Positions 21,280 through 34,500 of a stretch of DNA of 64,000 nucleotides are shown piece by piece. The stretch's first letter is position 1. Every line of letters begins with the position of its first letter. Made by a program: the position numbers and the translations under genes. The notes below the pieces were generated by a model. It worked only from the letters and a program-made list of their open reading frames with translations. It did not search any database and was not told the origin of the DNA. The DNA comes from Macrostomum hystrix (Eukaryota > Animalia > Platyhelminthes), in NCBI GenBank assembly GCA_950097015.1, contig CATNEN010000026.1, positions 806,001-870,000 of the forward strand, read 5' to 3'.

Positions 21280-24200
21280 ATGGGCATTGCGGTGTTCAAA
21301 ATCTGCAAAGCCGCATGCTGCAGCATCATAGTTGGCATCAACGTGATGGTCATTGTAAGTTGCACAGCATATTGCGGGAATTTTAATTATTATAACACCC
21401 TTCGAGTCATTGCTATTGATTTTTTCGCTCTGAGAGAATTTCGTCCCCATTGCAGCCAATCGGAGCGGCTCTAGCCCTGATTGGCTGCCTGCTAGCTTGG
21501 GGCTTCTCCAGCCTCACGGATCTCCTCAAGGTGAATGGCGGAGTGCTCAGCTCGCTAGGCAGCTACCTGAGTAGCCTGCTGCCCACCGGCCTGGGCATGG
21601 ACCTGGACAACCTCCTGACTGGTCTGGGCGAAATTTCCGGCGCCATTGGCGGCACCTTCATCGGCGTCGGGTTGGCGCTAGTTGGACTCGCGTGTCTGGG
21701 CTGCCTCGGCGCCGGCTGGACCAATCTGGTTTGCTTGGCTATTGTGAGGGCCTGTGATTCGTACTCAGCTTTTTAGATAACTAAATAGTGCCATTGAACT
21801 TACCTTTAGCTAAGCCAAACAATGTAATTGCAGTATGTGGCTTACCTGTCGGTGCTGCTGACGGGTCAGGTGATTCTCATCGCCATCTTGTTTGCAAAGC
21901 TCGACATGGTGAGTACTGTACGAATATTTCAAGGTTAGCATGCGGCCCAGTGGTCAGAGCTTTGAACGTCTCAATGAGAGGTCAGGGGTTCGAGTCTCTG
22001 CCGAACTGGATTAGGTGTAATAATAAAAATATTTTTCGCAGGAGGGCTGTGGGCAATATCACATCATTTGGTGACACTAGACCCGCAGGCAGCGAGGTGG
22101 AAATTCTGCCCACTTCTCTGACTCCTGAGCACACGCGCTCACACAGGTGTGTACATCTGCCCTGACTTTCTCATCGTCAGCAGTGTACACTCAGTCTGCC
22201 ATGGAAGTAGGCACTCAATGGCGTGAATTGCACGACAAGCCCCCAAGACTTCTCTCCGCGGCTGCGCCCCAAATGAATGTGGCCTCGCCGCGGAATGGAG
22301 CTCAGGGACCTTGGTGCGAGAGGCAAATGCGTTAGACCGCTCTGCCGCTCGCCCGGCCTTGATATGGTGTAATTTAGAGCGTAATTTCCTGAGGTTGAGC
22401 CATCAGAATGTCAAAATTGTCAAACGCACGCCCTAGTTTAAGCAGCTAGTCAAGGACGCCATGACGGACGGACTCAGGAAGTACACCGGGCAAGGCAGCA
22501 GCAATGTGCAAACCCTGGCCCAGAACCTGCTGCACATCTTTGTTGGCTGCTGCGGTGTGAACAATGGAACCGACTTTCAAACTCAGAGTCCGCGATGGAA
22601 TCGAATCTACGCCTACAATGAGAACAACAAAACCGTCAGCTATGGTTGGCCTGAGTTAAAAACCTGTGTTAGCTTTTATTATATTATATTTTTACCAGTC
22701 ATGGATTGAATAAAAGAATTCTTTCTTATTACGATAGGCCTTGCCTACCCAATAACCTGCTGCAAGTTCAACTTGACCGCACTGCAACCGGTGGACAATT
22801 ATTGCAGCTACAATAACACCAACCCCAGCACCAGCTGGTACAGGGAGGGCTGCTTTGATCGCCTGAGTGGCGTGCTTGACGACTGGCTCCATTTGCGGGC
22901 CGTCCTAGGCTTTCTCAGTGCTTGCCTCGGTCTGCAGGTATGTTGCAAGGTCACTCTTCAATGAAAATCGCCATTCACTAACAGTTACTCAGTCACTCTT
23001 CATAGACAGGACTGTCAATTTTTACAGCGTCACTCTTCACACGATATCAGTCACTCTTCACCCGTCATCAGTTACTCTTCACCCGTCATCAGTCACTCTT
23101 CACACGTCATCAGTCACTCTTCACACGTCATCAGTCACTCTTCACCCGTCATCAGTCACTCTTCACCCGTCATCAGTTACTCTTCACCCGTCATCAGTCA
23201 CTCTTCACACGTCATCAGTCACTCTTCACACGTCATCAGTCACTCTTCACCCGTCATCAGTCGCTCTTCACACGTCATCAGTCACTCTTCACACGTCATC
23301 AGTCACTCTTCACCCGTCATCAGTCACTCTTCACCCGTCATCAGTCACTCTTCACACGTCATCAGTCACTCTTCACACGTCATCAGTCACTCTTCACACG
23401 TCATCAGTCACTCTTCACCCGTCATCAGTCACTCTTCACCCGTCATCAATCACTCTTCACCCATCATCAGTCGCTCTTCACACAATATCAGTCACTCTTC
23501 ACACAATATCAGTCACTCTTCACCCGTCATCAGTCACTCTTCAGCCGTCATCAGTCACTCTTCAGCCGTCATCAATCACTCTTTACCCATCATCAGTCAC
23601 TCTTCAGCCGTCATCAGTCACTCTTCACCCATCATCAGTCACTCTTCAGCCGTCATCAGTCACTCTTCAGCCGTCATCAATCACTCTTCACCCATCATCA
23701 GTCACTCTTCAGCCGTCATCAGTCACTCTTCAGCCGTCATCAGTCACTCTTCAGCCGTCATCAATCACTCTTCACACGTCATCAGTTACTCTTCACCCAT
23801 CATCAGTCACTCTTCACCCGTCATCAGTCACTCTTCAGCCGTCATCAGTCACTCTTCAGCCGTCATCAGTCACTCTTCAGCCGTCATCAGTCACTCTTCA
23901 GCCGTCATCAGTCACTCTTCAGCCGTCATCAGTCACTCTTCAGCCGTCATCAATCACTCTTCACCCATCATCAGTCACTCTTCAGCCGTCATCAGTCACT
24001 CTTCAGCCGTCATCAATCACTCTTCACCCATCATCAGTCACTCTTCAGCCGTCATCAGTCACTCTTCAGCCGTCATCAGTCACTCTTCAGCCGTCATCAA
24101 TCACTCTTCACACGTCATCAGTTACTCTTCACCCATCATCAGTCACTCTTCACCCGTCATCAGTCACTCTTCAGCCGTCATCAGTCACTCTTCAGCCGTC

Positions 24201-24602
24201 ATCAATTACTCTTCAGCCGTCATCAGTCACTCTTCAGCCGTCATCAGTCACTCTTCAGCCGTCATCAATCACTCTTCACCCATCATCAGTCACTCTTCAG
24301 CCGTCATCAGTCACTCTTCAGCCGTCATCAGTCACTCTTCAGCCGTCATCAATCACTCTTCACACGTCATCAGTCACTCTTCACCCATCATCAGTCACTC
24401 TTCACCCGTCATCAGTCACTCTTCACCCGTCATCAGTCACTCTTTACCCGTCATCAGTCACTATTCACACGTCATCAGTCACTCATCTTTAAGTGAGTCA
24501 CAATTGCATCACACCTTAAATTTCCAGACACTTCTCGTCGTCGGTTCAGTGCTCATCATTTTGGAACGAACTCAGAGAAAGAGAAATCGAAAGGCCACAT
24601 AA
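21280..24602 (+). CDS. Tetraspanin; exons 21280-21354, 21456-21743, 21834-21908, 22437-22644, 22738-22937, 24528-24602; 306 aa
   Basis: Four hydrophobic segments; large extracellular loop with the CCG motif (FVGCCGVN), PITCC and the terminal YREGC cysteine. All introns are GT-AG with consistent phases, total 921 nt. Confidence 0.88.
21936..22005 (+). pseudogene. tRNA-like Pol III (A-box/B-box) sequence, probably a tRNA pseudogene or the head of a second SINE family
   Basis: GCGGCCCAGTGGTCAGAGC (D-arm/A-box-like) and AGGGGTTCGAGTCTCT (T-arm/B-box-like); no clean acceptor or anticodon stem. Confidence 0.45.
22058..22358 (-). mobile_element. tRNA-derived SINE copy 3 (tetraspanin intron 3, antisense to host)
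   Basis: Head GGCCGGGCGAGCGGCAGAGCGGTCTAACGC on the minus strand; full body including the CTAGTGTCACCAAATGATGTG 3' end shared with copy 1. Confidence 0.88.
22985..24488. repeat. 21-bp minisatellite (TCAGTCACTCTTCACCCGTCA)n filling tetraspanin intron 5, ~70 units
   Basis: Read directly; produces the spurious 524-aa SVTLHPS ORF. Confidence 0.97.
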
Positions 24603-25533
24603 ATAATAATTTCTGGTGTAATTTTCGAGTATATGATGAATACTTGAAGTCTAAAACTATGCATATGCAGAAAGTTCTCTAGTAAACAGTCTAGCTCGTT
24701 TCGTACATTGTACAAGGCTTGTACAAGGCGAGAAGCCTTTTTCTTAGAAAAAAGAATGTCTATGACAAACTACGAGTATATTGTTATTTTTTTCCTTTCA
24801 CTGTTTTAGCAATCAGCAACTCAATCAATTCGATTCTGGTGCAAATGGGCAGATAGTAAGATACAAGGCTAGAATAAAGTATATATTTAATCATTAATGC
24901 ACGTGCAAATGAGCAGCTGATTGACTTCACAATATTTTTCATCAAACATGCGCAGCGACATATTTCTAAATAAAAAAGAGAATTCTGAATTAAACATTCA
25001 AGATTATCGAATACTTTGCATACAGACTCGACTTACGATCTGCTGAAGTTGCTAACATAAAAGTACATTGCGATGGATTCAAAGTCGCTTTAATTAGTTG
25101 GTAAATAAAAAGCGCTTTAAGTGTTGAAGTTTCACTAAAAGATTACAACAATTTGTAGATTATACAAAGCACTAAAGATGAACCAGGTAAGTGAGAGTTA
25201 GTTTGAGCACCCTTACCAGCACCGAATTTAAGCCTCGAATAATTTATTAACCATTTGAAAATTCAATCATGCGCAAATTGTAAGTTTTGCTACTATGAGT
25301 AGCTTAGAAAGCATTTAAGCGTCGAGTGTATACAAATTCCTACAAAACCCAACACCCAACACAATGGCTATTCGCCTCCGGGGTTTGACGACGAAAAAAA
25401 CAAAAAGCAGCGAAACGGAAACAGACCGTGAAATAAAAGTGCATTTGAATTGTCAATAGAAACAAAAAAGAGAAAAGCAGCGTGAGAGTCCGACAGAGAG
25501 GCAGAGAAACGAATAAAAGCTTGGACAAATTGT

Positions 25534-28500
25534 CTAGCTGCTCCTAGGGAAGAATTTCTTAATGCCAGTTGGAGCCTTCGGTGGCGGTAGCGACGCCTGC
25601 TGCGGCTGCGGCTGCAGCTGCGGCTGCTGCTGCGGCTGCGGCTGCTGCTGAGGCTGCGGCTGCGGCTGCGGCTGCGGCTGCGGCTGAGGTGCCGGCTTGA
25701 CAGATTTCAGCGTTACGCCGAATGGATTCCTCAACCCGGACGTTGAAGGCTTCGAAGACTTTGGCGCCGGCTGCGGCGGCGGCGGCTTCTGCTGCAGCTG
25801 CGACTTTTCCGGCTGCTGTTGCTGCTGCTGTTGTTGTTGTTGTTGTTGCTGTTGCTGCTGCAGCTGCTTCTCTGGAAGTTTTGTCGGAGGATCATCAGAG
25901 ACCTGATTTCGGTTGAGCACGGCGCCGCTACCGGCAGGTAGGAGACGCTCGCTGCTGGCGTAGACCTGCTCATCGTAAGCCTGGTAGAAGCGTCTTCTGG
26001 CAGCCGCATTGCTGCTCGCCATCTTAGACAGGCTGCTTGTAGAGCCAGACAGCGAGCTGTCGGGGTCGGCTGTGGACACGTGAGGTGAAAATCGGACAGT
26101 TGGAAACGTCAGGTTGGTCTGCGATGAGGCCAGACTCTCGCGAGAGTTCGTTCGACTCGACGGCTTGATCCAGAAGCCGGGCGTCGGGTCCGGGAAGGCG
26201 GTCACCTTCTTGACGGACACGTCTGGACTGGCGGAGCGCTTGGAGCGGAACGGACTCTCGGCGCGGAGCAGCGACCTGGGGGCCGACCAGTCCATGCTGA
26301 TGGATCTGTTGCCCAGGTTTCCAGCTCCAGTCAGCTGCGGTTGGCGCTGCTGCTGAGGGCCGGGCACGGCACCCGTTGAACCGAATGGATCCTCGGTGGA
26401 GGCGGCGGTGGTAGCGGAGGGCCCGCTCGCGGCAGCAACACCGGATGTGTTGCTGAGGCTGCTGGCGCTGTTCAGAGCGGACCTATAACTGTGTGTGAAT
26501 GGATACTTATTAGGAATTCCCTATGCTTGTCAAAAATATTAAGTATGTCCATTTTAGCGAATATTGCAGGTCAAGAATTGGAAAAAGATAAATTCATTTA
26601 GATTACCTTAGTTTTCCCTGTTTGGCAGTTCCGCCAGCAGTTTTGTCGTGTCCGCTGACGCGATTCTTGAATTTCACAATGTCGTTTACGATCAGCTTGA
26701 TGCTTGCCCTCAGCTGAAGAGGAACAAATGTTGAGATAGTTGAAGAACGCTATCCTAAAAATTTCTAAATATTCAGCCTCCCCTTTGGGTTTGACTGGTC
26801 AGTTTGTATTTCACAAGCGTACCTCGTCTTGTCTGGCAGGAAACTCCTCTGAGCCTTCCTGCAGCTTCAGCGCGTCCGCCTCCTCGACTGCGTTCAAGAA
26901 TCTATCCAGCCATTGGTCCAGCATCACTCGTAACTGCTCTGCCGCGAACTGCAGCGACAGTTTCTCACTCTGCCATCGCTTGCGCTCCCTCAACAGGTTG
27001 TCCTGAAGACCCTCGGCTCGACCACGCCATTCAACAGCATCTTGGCGGAAACTGTCGGCCTGAAGTGAGAATTCGGTTCAGTCACAAATTTCGTTCATGC
27101 TGTTCTATTTAGCCATGTCGAAATTCAGTGAGTATAGTTATAAATTTTATGGACAAGCTTGCCTGAGCAAACACCAGCTGCATCTCGTCCACGCGCTGAT
27201 TAAGCTGCGTCACCTCCTGGCTCCATCTGTCCAGCTGTTCAAGACTCTTCTGCGCCAGCTTCTCCGTCAATTCTCGCACCTCTTTGCGCAGTCGATCCAG
27301 CTTCTTTTCCTGCTCAGCCAGGCGCACCTGGTACTCGTTCCGCTCGGCTTCAAATGCGGCGTCTCCAGCCCCGGACACGATCGGCGGCGCCTTCTTGCTC
27401 CCAGCGAAGCGCTGCAGCACCTTCGGAATCTTCTTCTCCTCAACGAAGCCGCCTGCCTTGGCCTTCAGCTCTAGATTCTCATGCTGCAGGCGCGACTTCT
27501 CTTCGTCGTGCTCCAGAGTCTGCTTGGTCAGCTGCTCCTGGAGTTGCACCAGCCGGCGATCTCGGTCCAGGAGGGACGCCTGCAGCTCCTGCGCTGATGG
27601 TTCGCGGCCACCGCTGTACTTTTCTGACTGGAAAACAGGTTCGCAAAACACTTGTCCTAAAAATAAAATCTAAATTGCAGCAGCGCTGCCGGCACTATAA
27701 CATAATTTAGTGACACTAGACCCGCAGCCAGCTAGGAGGCAGTGTGCACTTTCACTGTGCCTTGGAGGTTGGCACTCAATGGCGTAAATTGCCCGATAAG
27801 CCCACAAGCCTTCATTCCACGGCTGCGCCCCAAATGAATGTGGTCTCATCTCGGAATCGAGCTCAGGGACCTTGGAGCGAGTGGCAAGCCGCACTGCCAC
27901 TCACCCCCCTTGTGCTTTTCCTAACATTTATCGAAGTTTTCCACTTAAAAAGGATCGCATACCCGATGCAGAGCTCTCTGCAGGGCGTCCTTCTCGCGAA
28001 TCCAGGCGTCCCGGTCGTTCTTCAGTCGCTCCTTGGTGCTGTAGTACAGCTCGCGGAATTCCTCAACCTCGCGCTGATAAGCTTCAACCTGTAGCTTTAG
28101 TGTGATCTGCTGGTGCGTCAACTGCAGGTAGATCTTCTCCACCTGTTCCAGGTGTTTTAGTCGCACCTGGATGTCCATGGGCACCTGGGCATCGGCGTCC
28201 TTTAATTAGAAGATTTTCGTTGCTGTCATTTGTTCTCACACGTATGTGTCTACAATTGACAATCGCCTGAGCGATTGATGATCGAATAATAGCGCTCCCT
28301 TACCCTGTCCAGCAGGCTGGCTGGCGAGCTCACAGATTGGAAGCCGCTGTCCCCGGCCGCTGGCCGCTGCCTGCCGACACCCGCCCCGCCCGCCAACAGC
28401 GTCAGATCCTGTCTGGCCAGCTCCAGCTCTCGCCTGGCCTCGTCCCGCTCCTGGCGCAGTTCGGCGCACCGTCGCTGCGCCTCCTCCCTGGCTTGCTCCG

Positions 28501-31500
28501 CGCTCCGTGCCGCTTGCTCGCCGCGCTGACGCAGCTGGGCCGCCTCGCCCGTCTGCCAGTCGCGACTGGCCTCGGCCTCCTCCAGCTGGCAGCGCAGGCT
28601 GCGGCCCTCCTTCTCCTGTTCGGCCAGCTGCTGCCGCAGGGTGGCCAGATCCGACTCCGCCGACGTCAGTTTCTGATTGGCCTGCTTCAGGACGCCATCC
28701 AGATCGGAGATCTCTCTCTCCCGGTTGGCTAGCCGTGTGTTGATGAGGCCGATCAGCTCGTCCTTCTCCCGGATTCGGTCGTCCCTGTTGCGCACCGCCT
28801 CCTGGTAGCCTCGAAGGCGTTCGTCCGCCTCCGCCAACTCCGACTTGCGCTCGGCCAGCTGATCTCGGAGCTCCGCCAACTGGCGCTCCTTGTCCGCAGC
28901 CGAGGTAATGCAGCGGTGCAGCTCCTCCTTGAGACGGGCGCTCTCTGTGTTCTTCTCCCGCACGCCTGTGATGGTTTGTTGGTTGGTTTTTTTTTAATGA
29001 TTATTGACCAAAGAACCAGAGACCAATTAGTGCGTAGTAAAGCTCGTATTAATTAATTCTACGCTAACCAATACTACAACTGATGAGTTTGTGCTGCATA
29101 TCATATGAAAATTAAATGAAAAAAACGACGGGTGGAAAATGACAACAAAAGAGCACAATATACCAATAAAATCTAACATCGACAACACCAATGAATAATA
29201 TGCGTGGGGAAGGAAATAGTTGAAGTACGAGTTCTTCTCGTAGTTACTACCAATTACTCGTAGTTACTACCAATAGCACTTATCAGTGAAAAGTCATGGT
29301 CCCACATAGCGTGACAAATCGGATTGTCTATGGCAGGGGTCGGCAAACCCCGGCCCGCGGGCCAGATGCGGCACTCGAAGCTCCCAAATTGCCCCTTCCG
29401 ACACCTACAGTATCATGTTTCATTTTTCCCATGTCTCATCTCTCCGTCCTGCGTCTCATCTCTACCCTGTCTCATATTTCTACAGCTCGCTGGCATCTTT
29501 TAGGTTCTCTCTTTGGCCCGCTAGCGAATAAGTTTGCCGACTCCTGGTCTATGGGTTACTTTTCTATGGTAGCATGGTTCCGAAACGGTCATTGATGACT
29601 CATATATCTAAAAACTGACGTTTCCAATGGCGCGAAACATTAAATTCTGCGGAAAACATCTAATTATAGCCTGTAATCGTTTTGTCTATGGCCAAACCAA
29701 AATTAAATAGAGCGACGCAAATAATAACATTTTTACTACCCCACTCTAATCAGCATTTTAGTTATGTCTATGGTCCAATCACTGTCCAAGGTCCAAGCAA
29801 ACCTTAGAGTCGTTTAAAATAACATGGGAAATCTAATGAACGCAGACAATCGCTTCCACCTAGTGACAATAAATAAACTTGTCCGGAGACTGCGTAAGGC
29901 CACGTGATTAGAGGCCGTTACCGAGCTCTGAGTACCAAAGGCTGTGCTAATAAACAGGTGCGAATGAACGGACCAAAACATAGACAGGCAATAGTTTTAC
30001 ATAGTTTTTTATCTTTTTACTGTGCTTTTCGAATAGAAAATAAAGATGGTTCTTTCTTCAAGAATGTGCCGATTTCAATATATTGCTTACCGCACCGATC
30101 TGTTGATGGCCTTTAAATCTGTCACAATCGTGAATGTAGTGGTTTGCTTATGTCTAAATGTTAGTCATACAAGCATAAGAAACCATTTATATTGCTTTTA
30201 TTCAATGCTAGCGCAAAACATTTAAATAAAACTATATGAATGTGTAAACGGAAGGTAAATTAAGGGGTCGGAGACTTAGAACTTTGGGAGTAAAAGACAA
30301 GAAGATTTTTGCATTTCTTGAAGATTTTGTTCGATTCTCACGGATCAACTAACTCACGAGATAATTGTCTCCTTTGTAGAGGGGCGTAAGATTGCTGGTC
30401 CCATATACTAAATTTACTTTTGCTATAGCTTGTTGTAAGAAACTGTCATTTACCTTTAAATAAGACATGTCGATTAAAAACTTAATACACATAAATTGAA
30501 GAGTGTTTAGAATTTCAGACGGAATGCACTCACTCGAAAACTGGCTCTTAAGTAGGTGCAGTTCGTTTTTCAGTCGCTCGAATTCCCTGTCGGCCTCCTG
30601 CAACTTCCGCTGCAGGCCCCGAATGGTGTCGTCCTGCTCAAAGATGTGCTCCTCTCGCAGTCGCAGTTCTTCGTTGAGAATGTGCAGATTCTTGTCCGAT
30701 GCGGCCTGGAAATAAATGGATATGCCGTACATACCAATTAGATGAGAGAAAGTTGACATGAGCCATATACAAGCACACTTTCGAAGTACTCTTCTTTTTA
30801 GACTCATCCAATATTTAAACAATCAGTTTTACCTTGTCCTTCTCCATCTTGGCCACCTTGGCCTGCAACTGGTCGTTTCGCTTCTTCATTTCGAGCAGCT
30901 CCTTGCGCTGCGAGTCCAGCGCCCGGGACCGATCCTCAATGCGGCTCTGCGTAGAAGTTGCGGCGCGGGCAGTTGAACTACCAGTCTCCGAGGAGTCCGC
31001 GTCGTCGACCAGAAGCTTCAAAGCTTCGTACATCTTGCGGCTCTGGTCGAGTTTCATTTGGTACTCCTTCAGTTGGGCATCTTTGTCGCTGATCTGAAGT
31101 TTCGGAGTAGGTGAAAGTGGGATGATAGCGGGTGAAATTCTACTTGGTCTAAAACTGTATTCATGGCAGATAGCCTCACTAGAAATCGTCTTTGTATCCA
31201 AGTATAAACTACCCGAAAAGTTTGACTACATAAATACTTGGTCTGTCAGTTTTAAGAGTAATAGAACACCATAAAACAATTAAACTTACAATGATGCGAT
31301 ACTTTTCGTTATCCTTCTCCTCTCGCTTCTGATCCTCGCTGAGGCTCTCCAGCCGTTTCTGATAGTGCCTTGTTCGCTGCCTCTCCTCTTTCAGCAGCAG
31401 TTCTAGGCTTTGAAGGCGTTCGCGAAATCGATTCTGCAAATTGGAAAGTGTGTTCCTTCCTTAAACGTGTTACTCTCGAAAGGCATTGAAGTTAATAGCG

Positions 31501-34500
31501 AGTTTCTTGGGTGGCTCCAAGACCTTTAGTGTCTCCCAACAAAGCCTGCGAGACTCACATCCCAATAGTGCACATCCTGCTGCTGCTGCTGCCCCTCGGC
31601 TAGTCTTTCACTGCCTCCTCCAACAAAGACATCGTCTTTGTCGCCGGAGTTGTCTCCAGTTTTGCTGACTTCGATAGCCACAGGCGTTGATTTGGCGCCG
31701 TCGCTGCTGCTGGAATCCGCAGAGCTGTGTGATGAATTGAATGCAAGGGTAAGAATGTATTCCGATTAAGACAGTGCAGGGAGGAATTCCTCTTAAAGTG
31801 CTCCTGACCTTTCATATTCATACATAAAACGCCGCCGAAGAGTCACCAGCGAAAGCAGATCGCCAAGCAGCTCATTCTGCTTCTGAAGCTTCTCAAGTTG
31901 TTCCACAAAGAAACGCTCGTCCTCCTCGTAGGTCCTCCGACTCTCCTGCAGCTCCTCGTCCAGTGACTTCAAGCGAGTCTGCATGCTCTCCGCTTTTGAG
32001 TCGCTTTTCTTTATGACCAACAGAAGATCCTCTGAGAATTTTAGTGGTACGATTTATTAGGATTTAAAAAAGCTGGGAATTTCGAATCAAAATGGGTTGG
32101 TTTTTTGCTCACCGACTTCATCCTCGAGGTCGCCGACCTCGCGAATGAGCTCAGCCTTGGTGGCATTCTCCAGCTCCTGAATGCTCTTCTTCGCGGTGCC
32201 TTTCTGGCCTTGCGAGGCCGCCTTCTGTACGTCCATCTTCTCAAGCTCAATCCGGAGGTTCGAGTTCGTGCCCTCCAGCTCACCGATACGGCGTCGCAGC
32301 TCCGAGACTTTCAACTCCAGCTGCTTCTTGGCCTCGCTGGTTTCGATCCACTTTTCCTGCATGGCGAAGTCTTCGGCACTCAATTGAGCAGCCGCTGTTA
32401 CCTTAGTTTTCATATCCTCCAGGTCTCTGTCAATCTCGGAGAGCAGACTCTGAGCCTCTAGGGTGTCTGAAATAAGAAGTTTGCATCGTGATCATGCTCA
32501 TTTTAGAAAAAAAAGACATTAAATTTTAGACAAAAAAGAATTCTTGACCATCTCTTCAATAGTAACAAACCAAAAATCAACATGAATTTGAACGCAAGAT
32601 CGAAACTTGCTCACTGTACTCACTGTACTTAAACGAAGCTCTTCGTCTGTGAGCGTCCACTACCGCCTGAGCACCGTTTTCGCCCCCGCCGCCGCCAGCC
32701 TCCTCCAGCCGCGATTCTAACTCGGCTACATCATGGCGCAGGGTCCGATTCTCCCTGTCCAAGTCGGCCATCTTGCGTCTAAGGCCGGCGGCCTCCCGCT
32801 CCAACTGCTCGTCTAGCTCCGCCTCGACGCTTTCGTCGCTACCGTAGCGGCCACGGCCGACTCCGCCGCCTCCACCTCCGCTAGCTCCGTCGCCTCCGCC
32901 ACCTCCACCGCTACTGCCACCGCCGCCTCCACTGCCAAGCTTGTGCAGCTTGGCCGTTAGGCCCTCATTTTCTTCCTCGGCTTCTTCGAGTTTTCGTTTG
33001 AGAATTTTCGCCTCCTCTTTGGAGAAGCGCAGCTGTTCGACCAGGTCAGTCTCGCGCTCTTTGGTGGCAGTCAGCTCGCGCTTCAAGTGATCCTCTTCAA
33101 TTGATGGCTCGCGAGACACCACCTGACCTAGGCGGGGCTGCAGCCAAGAGAGCAATATGTTTTATTCAATGTTATCACATTCGCACACCAGTCGAAATAG
33201 CTCGTAATATGCAGATTCATCTGCTCACCCTTGGACTGGACTTGTCGACCACCTGAAGCGGACCAGAGTCGGAAATTCCAGCGTCTGACTTCACTTTTTC
33301 GAGCTGTTGTTTTGTGAGTTTAAAATAAGTTTTGCAATCAAGTACAAATAAGGCTGCGTTCAAGTACTATAAGTCACGTACGTCTGCCTATGGTACGCTA
33401 ATATCAATAGAGTGTACCCTAACTTTTTCATAGTCAGGCAGTGCACACTCTCCACTGTACACTCTCACTGGCCATCAAGGGCGCAAGTCGCACCACAAGC
33501 TCCAAAGCCTTCTCACCGTGGCTGCGCCGCAAATGAATGTGGCCTCGCCGCGGATTCGAGCTCAGGGACCTTGATCAGGGACCGACGCGTTCCCTAGGCG
33601 ATTGAAAGGCGACGCGACGCCTTTCAATTCTATACACTCATTTCTCAGCACATCCCCAACCATTTTCCTATTGGCTGGCAGCTCAGGTTCTAATGAGCTT
33701 CTCACCTCCAGTTTGGCCCTATCGATCTCGTTCTCTAGCCGAATTCGTTCTCTCTCCGAGGACTCCAGCTCAAATTTCAGCTTCTGATTCTCGGATTCCA
33801 GTCGGAGTCGCTTCTCCTCGATGAACTCCAGCTCGTCGTGCAGCCGTACTGACACCTCCTTTGCCATGCGCAACTCATCTTCGAGCTCTTGAATCTGAAG
33901 GCAAAGAGTTGGCGGTAGATATTTTCTTTAAAGAAAGTTAAATGGTTTAAATGAGAATCAGATATTCAGATTTCGAGGACCCAATTGAATTTGTTTCTGT
34001 GCATATGTCTTCCAGATTTTAACGACAAGAAGAAAAAATGCCCTGGCACCCGTTCAGCAAGCGGAACAGATCACTGTGGAGAACGAACGAATTAACCAAC
34101 TGGTTAGATCTGATTTAGACCAATCCGTCACAATGTGGCATATACGAGTAGCCAAGTTCGGGAGTTAACGCGCCTTTCGAAGGCCTTTTCCGCCTCTCTG
34201 CATGCATCAATTAGAGGAAAACCTGACTGAACATGACCGGGGACCAGAGCTCCCCTGCCAGGAGCAAGCCGCTTGGACCAACAAACAGCTGCCACATTCC
34301 TTCTTCTTTTCCTTAGCCTCCTCCGTCTCTGTCTCTCAGTGTTGCCATTCCAAGCATCGGTTTCATATTTTCTAGATGTGCAACAACTTTTTCTAATTCG
34401 CATGCTGCCTAGTGGTGCGTGCAGAAGTGCGCCAAAAGCATCAGACTCGCGTAGGGCAAGATCGGAATGAAAATGCATTAAAAAACTGGAGCTTCCGATG

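Noticed and set aside
22918-24492. 524-aa ORF (SVTLHPS repeats)
   Set aside because: It is the translation of a 21-bp intronic minisatellite; a stop-free unit that is a multiple of 3 stays open trivially.
25697-26009. Poly-Cys / poly-Ala ORFs (likewise the poly-Leu and poly-Gly ORFs at 15789 and 42249)
   Set aside because: Antisense or off-frame shadows of the poly-Gln and poly-Pro tracts of real genes.
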